This document shows positions 29,738 through 42,383 of a stretch of DNA of 64,000 bases, one piece after another (within the stretch, counting starts at the first letter, position 1; each line of letters opens with the position of its first letter). The DNA is taken from NCBI RefSeq assembly GCF_056746865.1, contig NZ_CM163382.1; one strand, given 5' to 3'. The position numbers and the translations under genes were made by a program. A model generated the notes under the pieces. That model searched no databases, was not told where the DNA came from, and was given only the letters and a program-made list of their open reading frames with translations.

Positions 29738-30286
29738 TTAAAAACCAGGATCCCAATCTACTTCGATTGAACGAGTAGTGAGATCGACTTTCTTGATAAC
29801 CTGCCCATCGAGGAACGGTACGAGACGTTCCTTGATACCAAACGCATCTTTCAGGTTTGCCTTAATGACGAGAACGTCATTAGATCCGGTTTCCATCATA
29901 TCGACGACTTTACCGAGATCGTAGCCTTCAGTGGTTACTACCTGGCAGCCCATCAGGTCTTTCCAGTAGTAGTCACCCTCTTCAAGCTGAGGCAGCTGCG
30001 ATGAATCCACGACAATTTCACAATTCGTCAGCAGGTTCGCCGCATCACGATCGTCAACGCCTTTCAGCTTGATGATCATGTCCTGATTGTGGTGCTTCCA
30101 GCTTTCCAGCTGGACTTGCTGCCACTGACCCGCCTTCTGGATAAACCAGGGCTGATAGTCAAAAATGCTTTCGGCGTCTTCGGTGGAAGAAAACACTCTG
30201 AGCCACCCACGAATACCGTAAGACGAACCCATTTTTCCCAAAACGATGGGATCAACAGGTGCTTGCGCGGTGAGTTGTTTGCTCAT
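29738..30286 (-). CDS. rimM: 16S rRNA processing protein RimM
   Basis: ORF 29738..30295; start set at [10 protein letters not shown]. Confidence 0.93.
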
Positions 30287-30304
30287 CATGACCACCGTGA
30301 CAGA

Positions 30305-30631
<327 letters not shown>

Positions 30632-30801
30632 TTACTCATTTTTGCGGAAATTGCAATCAACAGTTGCTAACTCTGCTGTAAAAGGCCGTCGGCGGTGCAG
30701 CCAGTTTGGCACCGGAGTGCGCGCAGTCACCGGAGCGTACACGCAGTACGTGAGGATGACGAGCACACCCCGGTGCCAAAATGGCAAACAAGCCAGGCCG
30801 A

Positions 30802-32163
30802 TTAGCGACCAGGAAATCCCGGCGGCATCATACCCTTCATGCTTCTCATCATCTTCGCCATTCCGCCCTTCTTCATTTTCTTCATCATGCGCTGCATGTC
30901 GTCGAACTGCTTCAGAAGGCGGTTAACGTCCTGTACCTGCATCCCGCAACCGGCGGCGATACGACGCTTACGTGAACCTTTGATGATTTCTGGCTTAGCG
31001 CGCTCTTTCATCGTCATTGAGTTGATGATGGCTTCCATACGCACCAGCACTTTATCGTCCATCTGCGACTTGACGTTATCCGGGATCTGCCCCATGCCCG
31101 GCAGTTTGCCCATCAAGCTGGCCATGCCGCCCATATTTTTCATCTGCCGCAGCTGCTCAAGGAAGTCGTTGAGATCGAAGCCGTCGCCTTTTTTCAGCTT
31201 GCTGGCTAATTTCTCTGCCTGCGCGCGGTCAACTTTGCTTTCGATATCTTCGATCAGCGACAGTACGTCGCCCATGCCGAGAATACGCGACGCGATGCGG
31301 TCCGGATGGAACGGCTCCAGCGCCTCAGTTTTCTCGCCAACACCGAGAAACTTGATCGGTTTGCCAGTGATGTGACGAATAGAGAGTGCCGCACCGCCGC
31401 GGGCATCGCCGTCCACTTTGGTCAACACTACGCCGGTAAGCGGTAACGCTTCATTAAATGCTTTTGCCGTATTGGCCGCATCCTGACCGGTCATGGCGTC
31501 AACCACAAACAGGGTTTCAACCGGATTAATCGACGCATGGACTTGTTTGATCTCATCCATCATCGCTTCGTCAACGTGCAGACGACCAGCGGTATCCACC
31601 AGCAGCACGTCGTAGAATTTCAGTTTGGCTTCTTTCAGCGCCGCGTTAACGATATCTACCGGCTTCTGACCAACATCAGAAGGGAAGAAATCAACGCCCA
31701 CCTGCTCTGCCAGCGTCTCAAGCTGTTTGATTGCCGCCGGGCGATAAACGTCGGCGGAAACCACCAGCACTTTCTTCTTGTGCTTCTCGCGCAGGAACTT
31801 ACCGAGTTTACCAACGCTGGTTGTTTTACCGGCACCTTGCAGGCCCGCCATCAGCACGACCGCTGGCGGTTGCGCAGCCAGGTTCAGGGTCTGGTTCTCT
31901 TCGCCCATCGCCGCAACCAGTTCGTTACGGACGATTTTGACGAACTCCTGCCCCGGCGTCAGGCTCTTATTAACTTCATGACCAACCGCTTTCTCTTTTA
32001 CGCGATTGATAAACTCACGCACTACCGGCAGAGCGACGTCCGCCTCCAGCAGCGCCATGCGCACTTCGCGCAGCGTATCTTTTACGTTGTCTTCAGTGAG
32101 GCGTCCACGGCCACTGATATTGCGCAGCGTGCGCGACAAACGATCGGTTAAATTATCAAACAT
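30802..32163 (-). CDS. ffh: signal recognition particle protein Ffh
   Basis: 453-aa ORF with GLQGAGKTT Walker A and Met-rich C-terminal M domain. Confidence 0.96.
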   Translation of the reverse strand: MFDNLTDRLSRTLRNISGRGRLTEDNVKDTLREVRMALLEADVALPVVREFINRVKEKAVGHEVNKSLTPGQEFVKIVRNELVAAMGEENQTLNLAAQPPAVVLMAGLQGAGKTTSVGKLGKFLREKHKKKVLVVSADVYRPAAIKQLETLAEQVGVDFFPSDVGQKPVDIVNAALKEAKLKFYDVLLVDTAGRLHVDEAMMDEIKQVHASINPVETLFVVDAMTGQDAANTAKAFNEALPLTGVVLTKVDGDARGGAALSIRHITGKPIKFLGVGEKTEALEPFHPDRIASRILGMGDVLSLIEDIESKVDRAQAEKLASKLKKGDGFDLNDFLEQLRQMKNMGGMASLMGKLPGMGQIPDNVKSQMDDKVLVRMEAIINSMTMKERAKPEIIKGSRKRRIAAGCGMQVQDVNRLLKQFDDMQRMMKKMKKGGMAKMMRSMKGMMPPGFPGR

Positions 32164-32329
32164 TGTCTCTCGCCTGGGGTGGAAACGGTTGGCCGCAATC
32201 GCGACACATCATCAGTATATTGCCGCAGTATAACATGAAGGCGTCTTTGTTGTTATGCAACGGTTGGAGCAGCGTTCACCTAACGCTATACTGCTTCTCT
32301 TTCTTATTGCTCAAACTGTCGACATTACT

Positions 32330-33121
32330 ATGCCCGTTTTTGCTCTGCTCGCGCTTGTCGCCTACTCCGTCAGTCTTGCGCTGATTGTTCCCGGTCTGCT
32401 GCAAAAAAACGGCGGCTGGCGGCGCATGGCTATTATTTCTGCGGTCATCGCGCTGGTCTGCCACGCAATCGCTCTGGAAGCCCGCATCCTGCCCGACGGT
32501 GATAGCGGACAAAACCTCAGCCTGCTGAACGTTGGTTCATTGGTCAGTTTGATGATCTGTACGGTAATGACCATTGTGGCTTCTCGCAATCGTGGCTGGT
32601 TGCTGCTACCCATTGTCTATGCCTTTGCGCTTATCAACCTGGCGCTGGCGACCTTCATGCCCAATGAATACATCACTCATCTGGAAGCAACGCCTGGGAT
32701 GCTGGTGCACATTGGCTTATCGCTCTTTTCCTATGCCACGCTGATTATCGCCGCCCTGTACGCGCTGCAACTGGCGTGGATTGATTACCAACTGAAGAAC
32801 AAGAAGCTGGCGTTTAACCAGGAAATGCCGCCATTAATGAGTATCGAGCGTAAAATGTTCCACATCACGCAGATTGGCGTGGTGCTGCTAACGCTCACGC
32901 TTTGCACTGGCCTGTTCTACATGCACAACTTATTTAGCATGGAAAATATCGACAAGGCCGTGCTCTCTATCGTGGCGTGGTTTGTCTATATTGTGCTGCT
33001 GTGGGGACATTATCATGAAGGATGGCGTGGACGCCGCGTCGTCTGGTTTAACGTTGCGGGTGCAGTCATCCTGACACTGGCCTACTTCGGCAGCCGAATT
33101 GTCCAGCAGTTAATCAGCTAA
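32330..33121 (+). CDS. ypjD: inner membrane protein YpjD (cytochrome c assembly-like)
   Basis: ORF 32255..33121, polytopic membrane protein; start approximate. Confidence 0.8.
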   Translation: MPVFALLALVAYSVSLALIVPGLLQKNGGWRRMAIISAVIALVCHAIALEARILPDGDSGQNLSLLNVGSLVSLMICTVMTIVASRNRGWLLLPIVYAFALINLALATFMPNEYITHLEATPGMLVHIGLSLFSYATLIIAALYALQLAWIDYQLKNKKLAFNQEMPPLMSIERKMFHITQIGVVLLTLTLCTGLFYMHNLFSMENIDKAVLSIVAWFVYIVLLWGHYHEGWRGRRVVWFNVAGAVILTLAYFGSRIVQQLIS

Positions 33122-33165
33122 ACCCAGAAAAGGAGTTTCCCCTGGAACACATTTCTACTACTACG

Positions 33166-34428
33166 TTGATCATTATTCTGATCATCATGGTGGTCATTTC
33201 AGCCTATTTTTCCGGGTCCGAAACCGGAATGATGACCCTCAACCGCTATCGTCTGCGACATATGGCGAAACAGGGTAATCGCTCGGCCAAACGCGTCGAA
33301 AAATTGCTGCGTAAGCCAGACCGCCTGATTAGCCTGGTGTTAATCGGCAATAACCTGGTCAATATTCTTGCCTCCGCGCTCGGCACTATTGTTGGGATGC
33401 GTTTGTACGGCGATGCGGGCGTGGCAATTGCGACTGGTGTGCTGACTTTTGTCGTACTGGTTTTTGCTGAGGTATTGCCGAAAACCATTGCCGCGCTGTA
33501 CCCGGAAAAAGTCGCTTATCCGAGTAGTTTTCTGCTGGCTCCGCTGCAAATTTTGATGATGCCGCTGGTCTGGTTGCTGAATGCTATCACCCGTATGCTG
33601 ATGCGCATGATGGGTATCAAAACCGATATCGTGGTTAGCGGCTCTTTGAGCAAAGAAGAGTTGCGCACTATCGTGCACGAATCGCGCTCACAAATTTCCC
33701 GTCGCAATCAGGATATGCTGCTGTCGGTGCTCGATCTGGAAAAGATGACCGTTGATGACATCATGGTGCCGCGCAGTGAAATTATCGGTATTGATATCAA
33801 CGATGACTGGAAATCGATTCTGCGCCAACTCTCCCACTCACCTCACGGGCGCATCGTGCTCTACCGTGATTCGCTGGACGACGCCATCAGTATGCTGCGA
33901 GTACGTGAAGCCTGGCGGTTGATGTCGGAGAAAAAAGAGTTCACCAAAGAAACCATGCTGCGCGCCGCGGACGAGATCTATTTTGTCCCGGAAGGTACGC
34001 CCCTCAGCACGCAGTTGGTGAAGTTTCAGCGCAACAAAAAGAAAGTCGGCCTGGTCGTCAACGAGTATGGAGACATTCAAGGGCTGGTGACGGTTGAAGA
34101 TATTCTGGAAGAGATAGTTGGTGATTTCACCACGTCGATGTCGCCAACACTTGCCGAAGAAGTCACTCCGCAAAACGACGGTTCGGTGATTATTGATGGC
34201 ACCGCCAACGTGCGGGAAATCAACAAAGCCTTTAACTGGCATCTACCGGAAGATGATGCACGAACGGTTAATGGCGTCATTCTGGAAGCGCTGGAAGAGA
34301 TCCCTGTCGCAGGCACCCGCGTGCGTATTGGCGAGTACGATATTGATATTCTCGACGTACAGGACAATATGATTAAGCAGGTAAAAGTTTTTCCTGTGAA
34401 ACCGCTGCGCGAGAGTGTGGCGGAGTAA
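33166..34428 (+). CDS. yfjD: CNNM/CorB-family membrane protein (DUF21-CBS-CorC_HlyC)
   Basis: 420-aa ORF with N-terminal TM segments and CBS-pair region. Confidence 0.88.
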   Translation: MIIILIIMVVISAYFSGSETGMMTLNRYRLRHMAKQGNRSAKRVEKLLRKPDRLISLVLIGNNLVNILASALGTIVGMRLYGDAGVAIATGVLTFVVLVFAEVLPKTIAALYPEKVAYPSSFLLAPLQILMMPLVWLLNAITRMLMRMMGIKTDIVVSGSLSKEELRTIVHESRSQISRRNQDMLLSVLDLEKMTVDDIMVPRSEIIGIDINDDWKSILRQLSHSPHGRIVLYRDSLDDAISMLRVREAWRLMSEKKEFTKETMLRAADEIYFVPEGTPLSTQLVKFQRNKKKVGLVVNEYGDIQGLVTVEDILEEIVGDFTTSMSPTLAEEVTPQNDGSVIIDGTANVREINKAFNWHLPEDDARTVNGVILEALEEIPVAGTRVRIGEYDIDILDVQDNMIKQVKVFPVKPLRESVAE

Positions 34429-34435
34429 CGAAAAC

Positions 34436-34459
34436 GGCCCTGCATTCGCATGCAGGGCC
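34436..34459. terminator. hairpin between convergent yfjD and grpE
   Basis: ggccctgcattcgcatgcagggcc perfect inverted repeat. Confidence 0.7.
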
Positions 34460-34482
34460 GTGATTTATTACGAAAGCAGAAA

Positions 34483-35109
<627 letters not shown>

Positions 35110-35198
35110 CTAACTTCGCTTATTATGGGGATCAGTTTCAGGGTTTCAAGGGAAGCACTCACATTGTCATCAATCTTCGCAACAAGGACCTCGGAAAA

Positions 35199-36077
35199 AT
35201 GAATAATCATTTCAAGTGTATTGGCATTGTGGGACACCCACGGCACCCTACTGCACTGACAACACATGAAATGCTCTACCGCTGGCTGTGCACAAAAGGT
35301 TACGAGGTCATCGTTGAGCAACAAATCGCTCACGAACTGCAACTGAAGAATGTGAAAACTGGCACGCTCGCGGAGATTGGGCAACTGGCTGATCTCGCGG
35401 TAGTCGTTGGTGGCGACGGTAATATGCTGGGCGCGGCGCGCACGCTCGCCCGTTACGATATTAAAGTTATTGGAATCAACCGTGGCAACCTGGGTTTCCT
35501 GACTGACCTTGACCCCGATAACGCCCAGCAACAGTTAGCCGATGTGCTGGAAGGTCACTACATAAGCGAGAAACGTTTTTTGCTGGAAGCGCAAGTCTGT
35601 CAGCAAGATTGCCAAAAGCGCATCAGCACCGCGATAAATGAAGTGGTACTTCATCCAGGCAAAGTGGCGCATATGATAGAGTTCGAAGTGTATATCGACG
35701 AGATCTTTGCGTTTTCTCAGCGTTCTGATGGCCTGATTATTTCGACGCCAACAGGCTCCACCGCCTATTCCCTCTCTGCGGGCGGTCCTATTCTGACCCC
35801 CTCTCTGGATGCGATTACCCTGGTGCCCATGTTCCCGCATACGTTGTCAGCGCGACCGCTGGTGATAAACAGCAGCAGCACGATCCGTCTGCGTTTTTCG
35901 CATCGCCGTAACGACCTGGAAATCAGTTGCGACAGCCAGATAGCACTGCCGATTCAGGAAGGTGAAGATGTCCTGATTCGTCGCTGTGATTACCATCTGA
36001 ATCTGATTCATCCGAAAGATTACAGTTATTTCAATACATTAAGCACCAAGCTCGGCTGGTCAAAAAAATTATTCTAA
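35199..36077 (+). CDS. nadK: NAD kinase
   Basis: 292-aa ORF with GGDGN motif. Confidence 0.95.
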
Positions 36078-36162
36078 TTTTACGCCAGCCTCTTTACTGT
36101 ATATAAAACCAGTTTATACTGTACACAATAACAGTAATGGTTTTTCATACAGGAAAACAACT

Positions 36163-37824
36163 ATGTTGGCACAACTGACCATCAGCAACTTTGCTATCGT
36201 TCGTGAGCTTGAGATTGATTTTCATAGCGGCATGACCGTAATAACTGGCGAGACCGGCGCGGGTAAATCTATTGCAATAGATGCCCTCGGCCTTTGTCTC
36301 GGTGGTCGCGCTGAAGCCGACATGGTGCGTACCGGCGCTGCTCGTGCCGACCTGTGCGCCCGTTTTTCTCTGAAAGATACGCCAGCGGCCCTGCGCTGGC
36401 TGGAAGAAAACCAGCTTGAAGACGGGCATGAATGTTTGCTTCGTCGCGTAATCAGCAGCGATGGTCGCTCACGAGGTTTTATCAACGGTACAGCGGTTCC
36501 TCTGTCACAACTGCGCGAACTGGGTCAGTTGCTGATTCAGATCCATGGTCAGCACGCTCATCAGTTACTCACCAAACCCGAGCACCAAAAATTCCTGCTT
36601 GATGGCTATGCCAATGAAACCTCTCTACTCCAGGAAATGACCGCACGTTATCAGTTGTGGCATCAAAGCTGCCGTGACCTCGCGCATCATCAACAGTTAA
36701 GTCAGGAACGCGCTGCCCGTGCGGAACTGCTGCAATACCAATTAAAAGAACTTAACGAATTTAATCCGCAGCCCGGAGAGTTTGAGCAAATCGACGAAGA
36801 GTACAAACGTCTGGCGAACAGCGGTCAATTGCTGACCACCAGCCAGAATGCATTGGCATTAATGGCCGACGGTGAAGACGCAAACCTGCAAAGTCAGCTT
36901 TACACGGCTAAACAACTGGTGAGCGAATTGATTGGCATGGACAGCAAACTGTCCGGCGTACTTGATATGCTGGAAGAAGCTACCATCCAGATTGCTGAAG
37001 CCAGCGACGAACTGCGCCACTACTGCGATCGTTTGGATCTCGATCCCAACCGGCTGTTTGAACTTGAACAACGCATCTCAAAACAGATTTCGCTGGCACG
37101 TAAACATCACGTCAGCCCTGAGGCATTGCCACAGTATTACCAGTCGCTACTGGAAGAACAGCAGCAACTGGACGATCAGGCCGACTCACAAGAAACGCTC
37201 GCGCTGGCGGTAACGAAACATCATCAGCAGGCACTGGAAACGGCGCGCGCGTTACACCAGCAACGCCAGCACTATGCAGAAGAACTTGCACAGCTGATCA
37301 CCGACAGTATGCATGCACTCTCTATGCCGCATGGGCAGTTTACGATTGATGTTAAATTTGACGAGCATCACCTGGGCGCTGACGGCGCTGATCGTATTGA
37401 ATTTCGGGTAACCACCAACCCAGGTCAGCCAATGCAGCCTATTGCCAAAGTCGCATCCGGTGGTGAATTGTCCCGCATCGCACTGGCAATTCAGGTCATC
37501 ACGGCGCGTAAAATGGAAACCCCGGCACTGATTTTTGATGAAGTGGATGTAGGGATTAGCGGTCCAACAGCGGCAGTTGTCGGCAAACTGCTGCGTCAAC
37601 TCGGCGAATCAACTCAAGTGATGTGTGTTACCCACCTGCCACAAGTCGCGGGATGTGGTCATCAACACTATTTTGTCAGCAAAGAAACCGATGGTGCGAT
37701 GACAGAAACGCATATGCAATCCCTGGATAAAAAAGCGCGGTTACAAGAGCTGGCGCGCCTGCTTGGTGGCAGTGAAGTCACACGTAACACACTGGCGAAT
37801 GCGAAAGAACTGCTTGCGGCGTAA
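36163..37824 (+). CDS. recN: DNA repair protein RecN (SMC-like ATPase)
   Basis: 553-aa ORF, Walker A GETGAGKS, coiled-coil middle, C-terminal signature region. Confidence 0.96.
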   Translation: MLAQLTISNFAIVRELEIDFHSGMTVITGETGAGKSIAIDALGLCLGGRAEADMVRTGAARADLCARFSLKDTPAALRWLEENQLEDGHECLLRRVISSDGRSRGFINGTAVPLSQLRELGQLLIQIHGQHAHQLLTKPEHQKFLLDGYANETSLLQEMTARYQLWHQSCRDLAHHQQLSQERAARAELLQYQLKELNEFNPQPGEFEQIDEEYKRLANSGQLLTTSQNALALMADGEDANLQSQLYTAKQLVSELIGMDSKLSGVLDMLEEATIQIAEASDELRHYCDRLDLDPNRLFELEQRISKQISLARKHHVSPEALPQYYQSLLEEQQQLDDQADSQETLALAVTKHHQQALETARALHQQRQHYAEELAQLITDSMHALSMPHGQFTIDVKFDEHHLGADGADRIEFRVTTNPGQPMQPIAKVASGGELSRIALAIQVITARKMETPALIFDEVDVGISGPTAAVVGKLLRQLGESTQVMCVTHLPQVAGCGHQHYFVSKETDGAMTETHMQSLDKKARLQELARLLGGSEVTRNTLANAKELLAA

Positions 37825-37972
37825 ACTTTTTTCCTGCTTCACGGTCAGAGTAAACAGCAAAACGCCGTAAGACCGGAAAGCAAAAGGTTTTAAAGTGATG
37901 AAAGGTCTATTATCATCGGCATATTACAGATGAGCCACGTACTGCTCGGGCCCGAAAAGGAATCAAATCACT

Positions 37973-38314
37973 ATGCGCTGTAAAACGCTGACTGCTGCAG
38001 CAGCAGTACTATTGATGTTGACCGCAGGCTGTTCCACTCTGGAGCGAGTGGTTTACCGTCCTGACATCAACCAGGGGAACTATCTGACCGCTAACGACGT
38101 ATCCAAAATACGTGTTGGCATGACGCAACAACAAGTTGCGTACGCATTGGGTACACCGCTGATGTCCGATCCATTTGGTACGAATACCTGGTTCTATGTC
38201 TTCCGCCAGCAACCAGGTCATGAAGGTGTAACGCAGCAAACGCTGACGCTGACCTTTAACAGTAGCGGAGTGTTGACCAACATTGATAACAAACCCGCGC
38301 TGAGTGGTAACTAA
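37973..38314 (+). CDS. bamE: outer membrane protein assembly factor BamE (SmpA)
   Basis: 113-aa lipoprotein, lipobox LTAGCS. Confidence 0.93.
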
Positions 38315-38342
38315 TCATAAAGTTGCCCTCAAAGACGTTAAA

Positions 38343-38366
38343 AAAGGTGCTCAATGAGCACCTTTT
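38343..38366. terminator. hairpin between convergent bamE and ratB
   Basis: aaaaaggtgctcaatgagcacctttttt. Confidence 0.75.
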
Positions 38367-38375
38367 TTCTGTCTG

Positions 38376-38666
38376 TTATTTATTCGCTGATTTTTCTGCT
38401 CGTTGCCTGCGCAGCTCTTTCGGATCGGCAATGAGAGGACGATAAATCTCCACCCGATCGCCATCATGCACGGTATCGCTGAGTTTTGCCGGACGGCTGT
38501 AAATGCCGACTTTGTTTTTAGTTAAATCGATATCGGTACGCAATTCCAGCAAGCCACTGGCGCGAATAGCTTCTTCAACCGTCGCGCCCTCCTGCAGCGT
38601 CACGCGCTGCAGGTACTGCTTCTCAGGTAGCGCATAAGCCACCTCAACGGCAATTTTACCTGGCAC
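38376..38666 (-). CDS. ratB: RnfH/UPF0125-family protein RatB (YfjF)
   Basis: ORF 38376..38750; start set at [11 protein letters not shown] (96 aa); overlaps ratA end. Confidence 0.8.
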
Positions 38667-39132
38667 TGTAAACCTCTTTCGCACGAACCGTAAAAGCCTG
38701 GACCATATTAGCCGCCAGCTCTTTAAACACGCGACCAAAGGCGAGTTCAATCAACTTATTGGTAAACTCAAAGTCGAGATGAAACTCGATACGACACGCC
38801 TCCTGGCTCAGCGGCGTAAACTTCCATCCACCAATCAATTTCTTGAACGGCCCATCCACCAGATTCATAAGAATACTTTGGTTACTGGTCAACTGGTTGC
38901 GGGTAGTAAACGTTTTGCTGATCCCAGCCTTAGAGACATCTACCGCCGCAGTCATCTGCCCAGGAGTGGACTCCAGAATCCGACTTCCGGTACAACCCGG
39001 CAAAAACTGAGGATAAGACTGAACGTCATTCACTAACTGATACATTTGCTCCGCGCTGTAGGGTACCAGTGCGGTCCGGCTAATCTGAGGCATAACAATT
39101 TCCATCAACAAAAATCCAACAAATAATATCAT
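38656..39132 (-). CDS. ratA: ribosome association toxin RatA (SRPBCC/polyketide cyclase-like)
   Basis: 158-aa ORF; K-12 synteny upstream of smpB. Confidence 0.85.
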
Positions 39133-39263
39133 TTATCCTGCTGTAAAAAAAACGCTATCCCGGCGCTGGGTAACATCGGGTTCATGCTAAGATAGAGCCT
39201 TGTCCCCCGCAGGATTGATATGGGGTGTTTTCGATTTCAGATTACCGATGATTCACGACGCTT

Positions 39264-39746
39264 ATGACGAAGAAAAAAGCACATAAACCTGGTTCAGCGA
39301 CCATCGCGCTTAACAAGCGCGCCCGTCACGAATACTTTATCGAAGAAGAGTTCGAAGCGGGACTTGCCCTGCAAGGCTGGGAAGTTAAATCCCTGCGCGC
39401 AGGAAAAGCCAATATCAGCGACAGCTACGTCCTTCTGCGTGACGGAGAAGCGTTCCTGTTTGGCGCAAACATCACACCAATGGCAGTGGCCTCCACGCAT
39501 GTAGTGTGCGATCCTACCCGTACCCGCAAATTACTTCTCAACCAGCGCGAACTGGACTCATTGTACGGTCGCGTCAATCGAGAAGGCTATACCGTAGTGG
39601 CGCTCTCCCTGTACTGGAAAAATGCCTGGTGCAAAGTGAAAATCGGCGTCGCCAAAGGTAAGAAACAGCACGATAAACGTTCAGACATCAAAGAACGCGA
39701 ATGGCAGGTGGATAAAGCGCGTATCATGAAAAACGCCCACCGTTAA
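39264..39746 (+). CDS. smpB: SsrA-binding protein SmpB
   Basis: 160-aa [32 protein letters not shown]... Confidence 0.96.
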
Positions 39747-39960
39747 ACCTGCACTCCAATTATTGACCAGTTCCTCACCGCGCCTCCCTCTCCGGCGGCG
39801 CGAATGAACATCTTATTGGCTATCACATCCGACACAAATGTTGCCATCCCATTGCTTAATCGAATAAAAATCAGGCTACATGGGTGCTAAATCTTTAACG
39901 ATAACGCCATTGAGGCTGGTCATGGCGCTCATAAATCTGGTATACTTACCATTACACATT

Positions 39961-40323
39961 GGGGCTGATTCTGGATTCGACGGGATTTGCGAAACCCAAG
40001 GTGCATGCCGAGGGGCGGTTGGCCTCGTAAAAAGCCGCAAAAAATAGTCGCAAACGACGAAAACTACGCTTTAGCAGCTTAATAACCTGCTTAGAGCCCT
40101 CTCTCCCTAGCCTCCGCTCTTAGGACGGGGATCAAGAGAGGTCAAACCCAAAAGAGATCGCGTGGAAGCCCTGCCTGGGGTTGAAGCGTTAAAACTTAAT
40201 CAGGCTAGTTTGTTAGTGGCGTGTCCGTCCGCAGCTGGCAAGCGAATGTAAAGACTGACTAAGCATGTAGTACCGAGGACGTAGGAATTTCGGACGCGGG
40301 TTCAACTCCCGCCAGCTCCACCA
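39961..40323 (+). ncRNA. ssrA: tmRNA (transfer-messenger RNA, 10Sa RNA)
   Basis: Starts GGGGCTGATTCTGGATTCGACGGG, contains tag-coding GCAAACGACGAAAACTACGCTTTAGCAGCTTAA and ends GGTTCAACTCCCGCCAGCTCCACCA; 363 nt. Confidence 0.97.
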
Positions 40324-40354
40324 AACATTCATTCATGATGCATCATGAACCTTA

Positions 40355-40390
40355 AAAAAGCCTGTAACTTCAACGAGTTGCAGGCTTTTT
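40355..40390 (+). terminator. ssrA intrinsic terminator
   Basis: aaaaaagcctgtaacttcaacgagttgcaggctttttt hairpin plus T-run. Confidence 0.75.
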
Positions 40391-40489
40391 TGTTGCATGT
40401 GTGGTCATGATCTCTGTATGAATCTTGACCTTTTGGCACCATGTTTAGCACCACGGTATCGTGGGGCTAAAAAAGCGTGGTGCTAAAAC

Positions 40490-41737
40490 ATGCCTAAGCA
40501 ACTGAAACCCTTAACAAATGTGGAGATCGCTGGCGCGAAGCCCCGTAGCACGGATTATGAGCTACGGGACGGTGAAGGCCTGTACTTGCTGGTTAAGACT
40601 TCAGGGAGGAAGGCCTGGCATTTCGAGTATTATCATCCCGTCACCAAAAAGCGCACCAAAACCAGCCTTGGCCCTTACCCGGTCGTTACACTGGCCATGG
40701 CTCGCGAAACTCGCACGAAATACAGACGACTGCTCTGGCAGGGCATCGATCCCCGTCAACACTTAGCAGGAATAGCCGAAGAAAAACGCCTCCAGAATGA
40801 ATGCACGCTGGAAAAAGTTGCGGAACAGTGGCTCAAAGAGAAGAAACGGACCAGCGACCTTAGCGAAGATCACGCCAAAGATGTCTGGCGCTCGCTGGAG
40901 ATGCACGTCTTCCCTTCTCTGGGCAGTACGCCCGTCACCGAGATCCGCCCGAAGATGCTCAAGGAACACCTCACCCCGCTGGAAGAACAGGGCATCCTCG
41001 AAACGCTGCGCCGGGTTATCTCACGGCTCAATGAAATCTTCCGCTTCGCCATCTCCGAAGAGCTTATCGAGTTTAACCCAGCAGACAACCTGGTCGCCCG
41101 CTTCAAGAAACCGAAAAAGCAGAACATGCCCGCCCTTCCCCCCAGCGAACTGGGCAGACTAATGTTGGCACTACAAAACGCCTCTATCCGCAAGGAAACA
41201 CGCTGCCTTATCGAATGGGAGCTACTGACCTGGGTTCGCCCCGGCGAAGCCGTTAGCGCCCGCTGGTGCGACATCGATATGAAAAAAGCGGAATGGCGTA
41301 TCCCTGACACCTTTATGAAGATGAACCGTTCACACACGGTGCCGCTCAGCAAACAGGCGCTGCGTGTTCTTCAGATCATGGAGCCCGTCAGCCGCCATCG
41401 TCCGTGGGTCTTCCCCAGCATCCGCAAACCGCTGGAGCACATGCACCAGCAGACCGCGAACGCCGCGCTTATCCGCATGGGGTTCGGCGGTGAGCTGGTC
41501 GCCCACGGCATGCGCAGCATCGCCAGAACGGCGGGCGCAGGTCATTTTCCCCGTGAAGTTCTGGAATCTGCACTGGCACACCAGAAAGAAGACGAGATCG
41601 AAGCGGCCTACAATCGCAGCGACTATCTGGAACAAAGGCGACCGCTCATGCAGTGGTGGGGAAACTACGTTGATGCCGCCAGACGGCAGGCATTGCTCGG
41701 TGAAGAAGAACCGCTGCGGATCGTGGAAGGAGAATAA
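40490..41737 (+). CDS. P4-type tyrosine integrase
   Basis: 415-aa ORF; clear similarity to recalled CP4-57 IntA (MxxQxKPLTxxEIxxAKP...NRSDYLEQRRPMMQWW), with HGMRSIAR and YNRSDY catalytic-region motifs. Confidence 0.92.
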   Translation: MPKQLKPLTNVEIAGAKPRSTDYELRDGEGLYLLVKTSGRKAWHFEYYHPVTKKRTKTSLGPYPVVTLAMARETRTKYRRLLWQGIDPRQHLAGIAEEKRLQNECTLEKVAEQWLKEKKRTSDLSEDHAKDVWRSLEMHVFPSLGSTPVTEIRPKMLKEHLTPLEEQGILETLRRVISRLNEIFRFAISEELIEFNPADNLVARFKKPKKQNMPALPPSELGRLMLALQNASIRKETRCLIEWELLTWVRPGEAVSARWCDIDMKKAEWRIPDTFMKMNRSHTVPLSKQALRVLQIMEPVSRHRPWVFPSIRKPLEHMHQQTANAALIRMGFGGELVAHGMRSIARTAGAGHFPREVLESALAHQKEDEIEAAYNRSDYLEQRRPLMQWWGNYVDAARRQALLGEEEPLRIVEGE

Positions 41738-41738
41738 T

Positions 41739-42383
41739 GTGACCAGTCCCATTCGTCAGAATCTGTTTGAACGGGAATGCGATATGCCGCTGCTGGAAGC
41801 GCGGCATCTCGCCCTTCTGCTTCTCGGCCTTGATGCTTCCCAACCTGCAAACGCCCTGCCGGAAGAACATCAGGAAAATTACCGTATCCTGCACGACGCC
41901 ATCAGTCGCACCATCAAAGCAACGGGCATGGTCAGCGCCCCGGCGAACAAACGCATGTTCTATGCCGATGAAATGTTCGCGCTGGCCTGGCGGCTTATTG
42001 ATGACGAACTCACGCCGCCAGAAATTAAGGCCCGGAGCCTGAAGGCAGTGATGAAACTGTCACGCAACAGCCGTGGCCGCAAGTGGCTGAAGACGCTCGG
42101 CGACGATGCGCTGCCGGATCTCACTGCTTCCACACAACCTTCCCTGCGTGGGATGCATAAGCGCGACAAAGCACGGGAGAATACTGCCAGGCTCTGCTGG
42201 TTACTGGTTCAGCTTCTGGTTGATGAGACTGACGGACGGTATGGCACGTCTGATAAACCGGCTTCGGATCGGATACTTCGGAAGCTGAAGGAGCTGGCGC
42301 AGGAGCGGGAATTACCGTCAGACGGGCTTGGGCGAGGGACGTTTTATGAGGTTTTGAAGATGGGAAGGGAGAAGGAAGTTTAG
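41739..42383 (+). CDS. hypothetical island protein (about 214 aa)
   Basis: In-frame GTG one codon after the integrase stop with GGAAGGAG 7 nt upstream; the longer ORF 41364..42383 overlaps the integrase and is trimmed. Confidence 0.5.
   Translation: MTSPIRQNLFERECDMPLLEARHLALLLLGLDASQPANALPEEHQENYRILHDAISRTIKATGMVSAPANKRMFYADEMFALAWRLIDDELTPPEIKARSLKAVMKLSRNSRGRKWLKTLGDDALPDLTASTQPSLRGMHKRDKARENTARLCWLLVQLLVDETDGRYGTSDKPASDRILRKLKELAQERELPSDGLGRGTFYEVLKMGREKEV

Noticed and set aside
41364-42383. 339-aa ORF overlapping the integrase 3' end
   Set aside because: The 5' part overlaps the integrase in another frame; a GTG with an RBS right after the integrase stop gives a more plausible ~214-aa gene.
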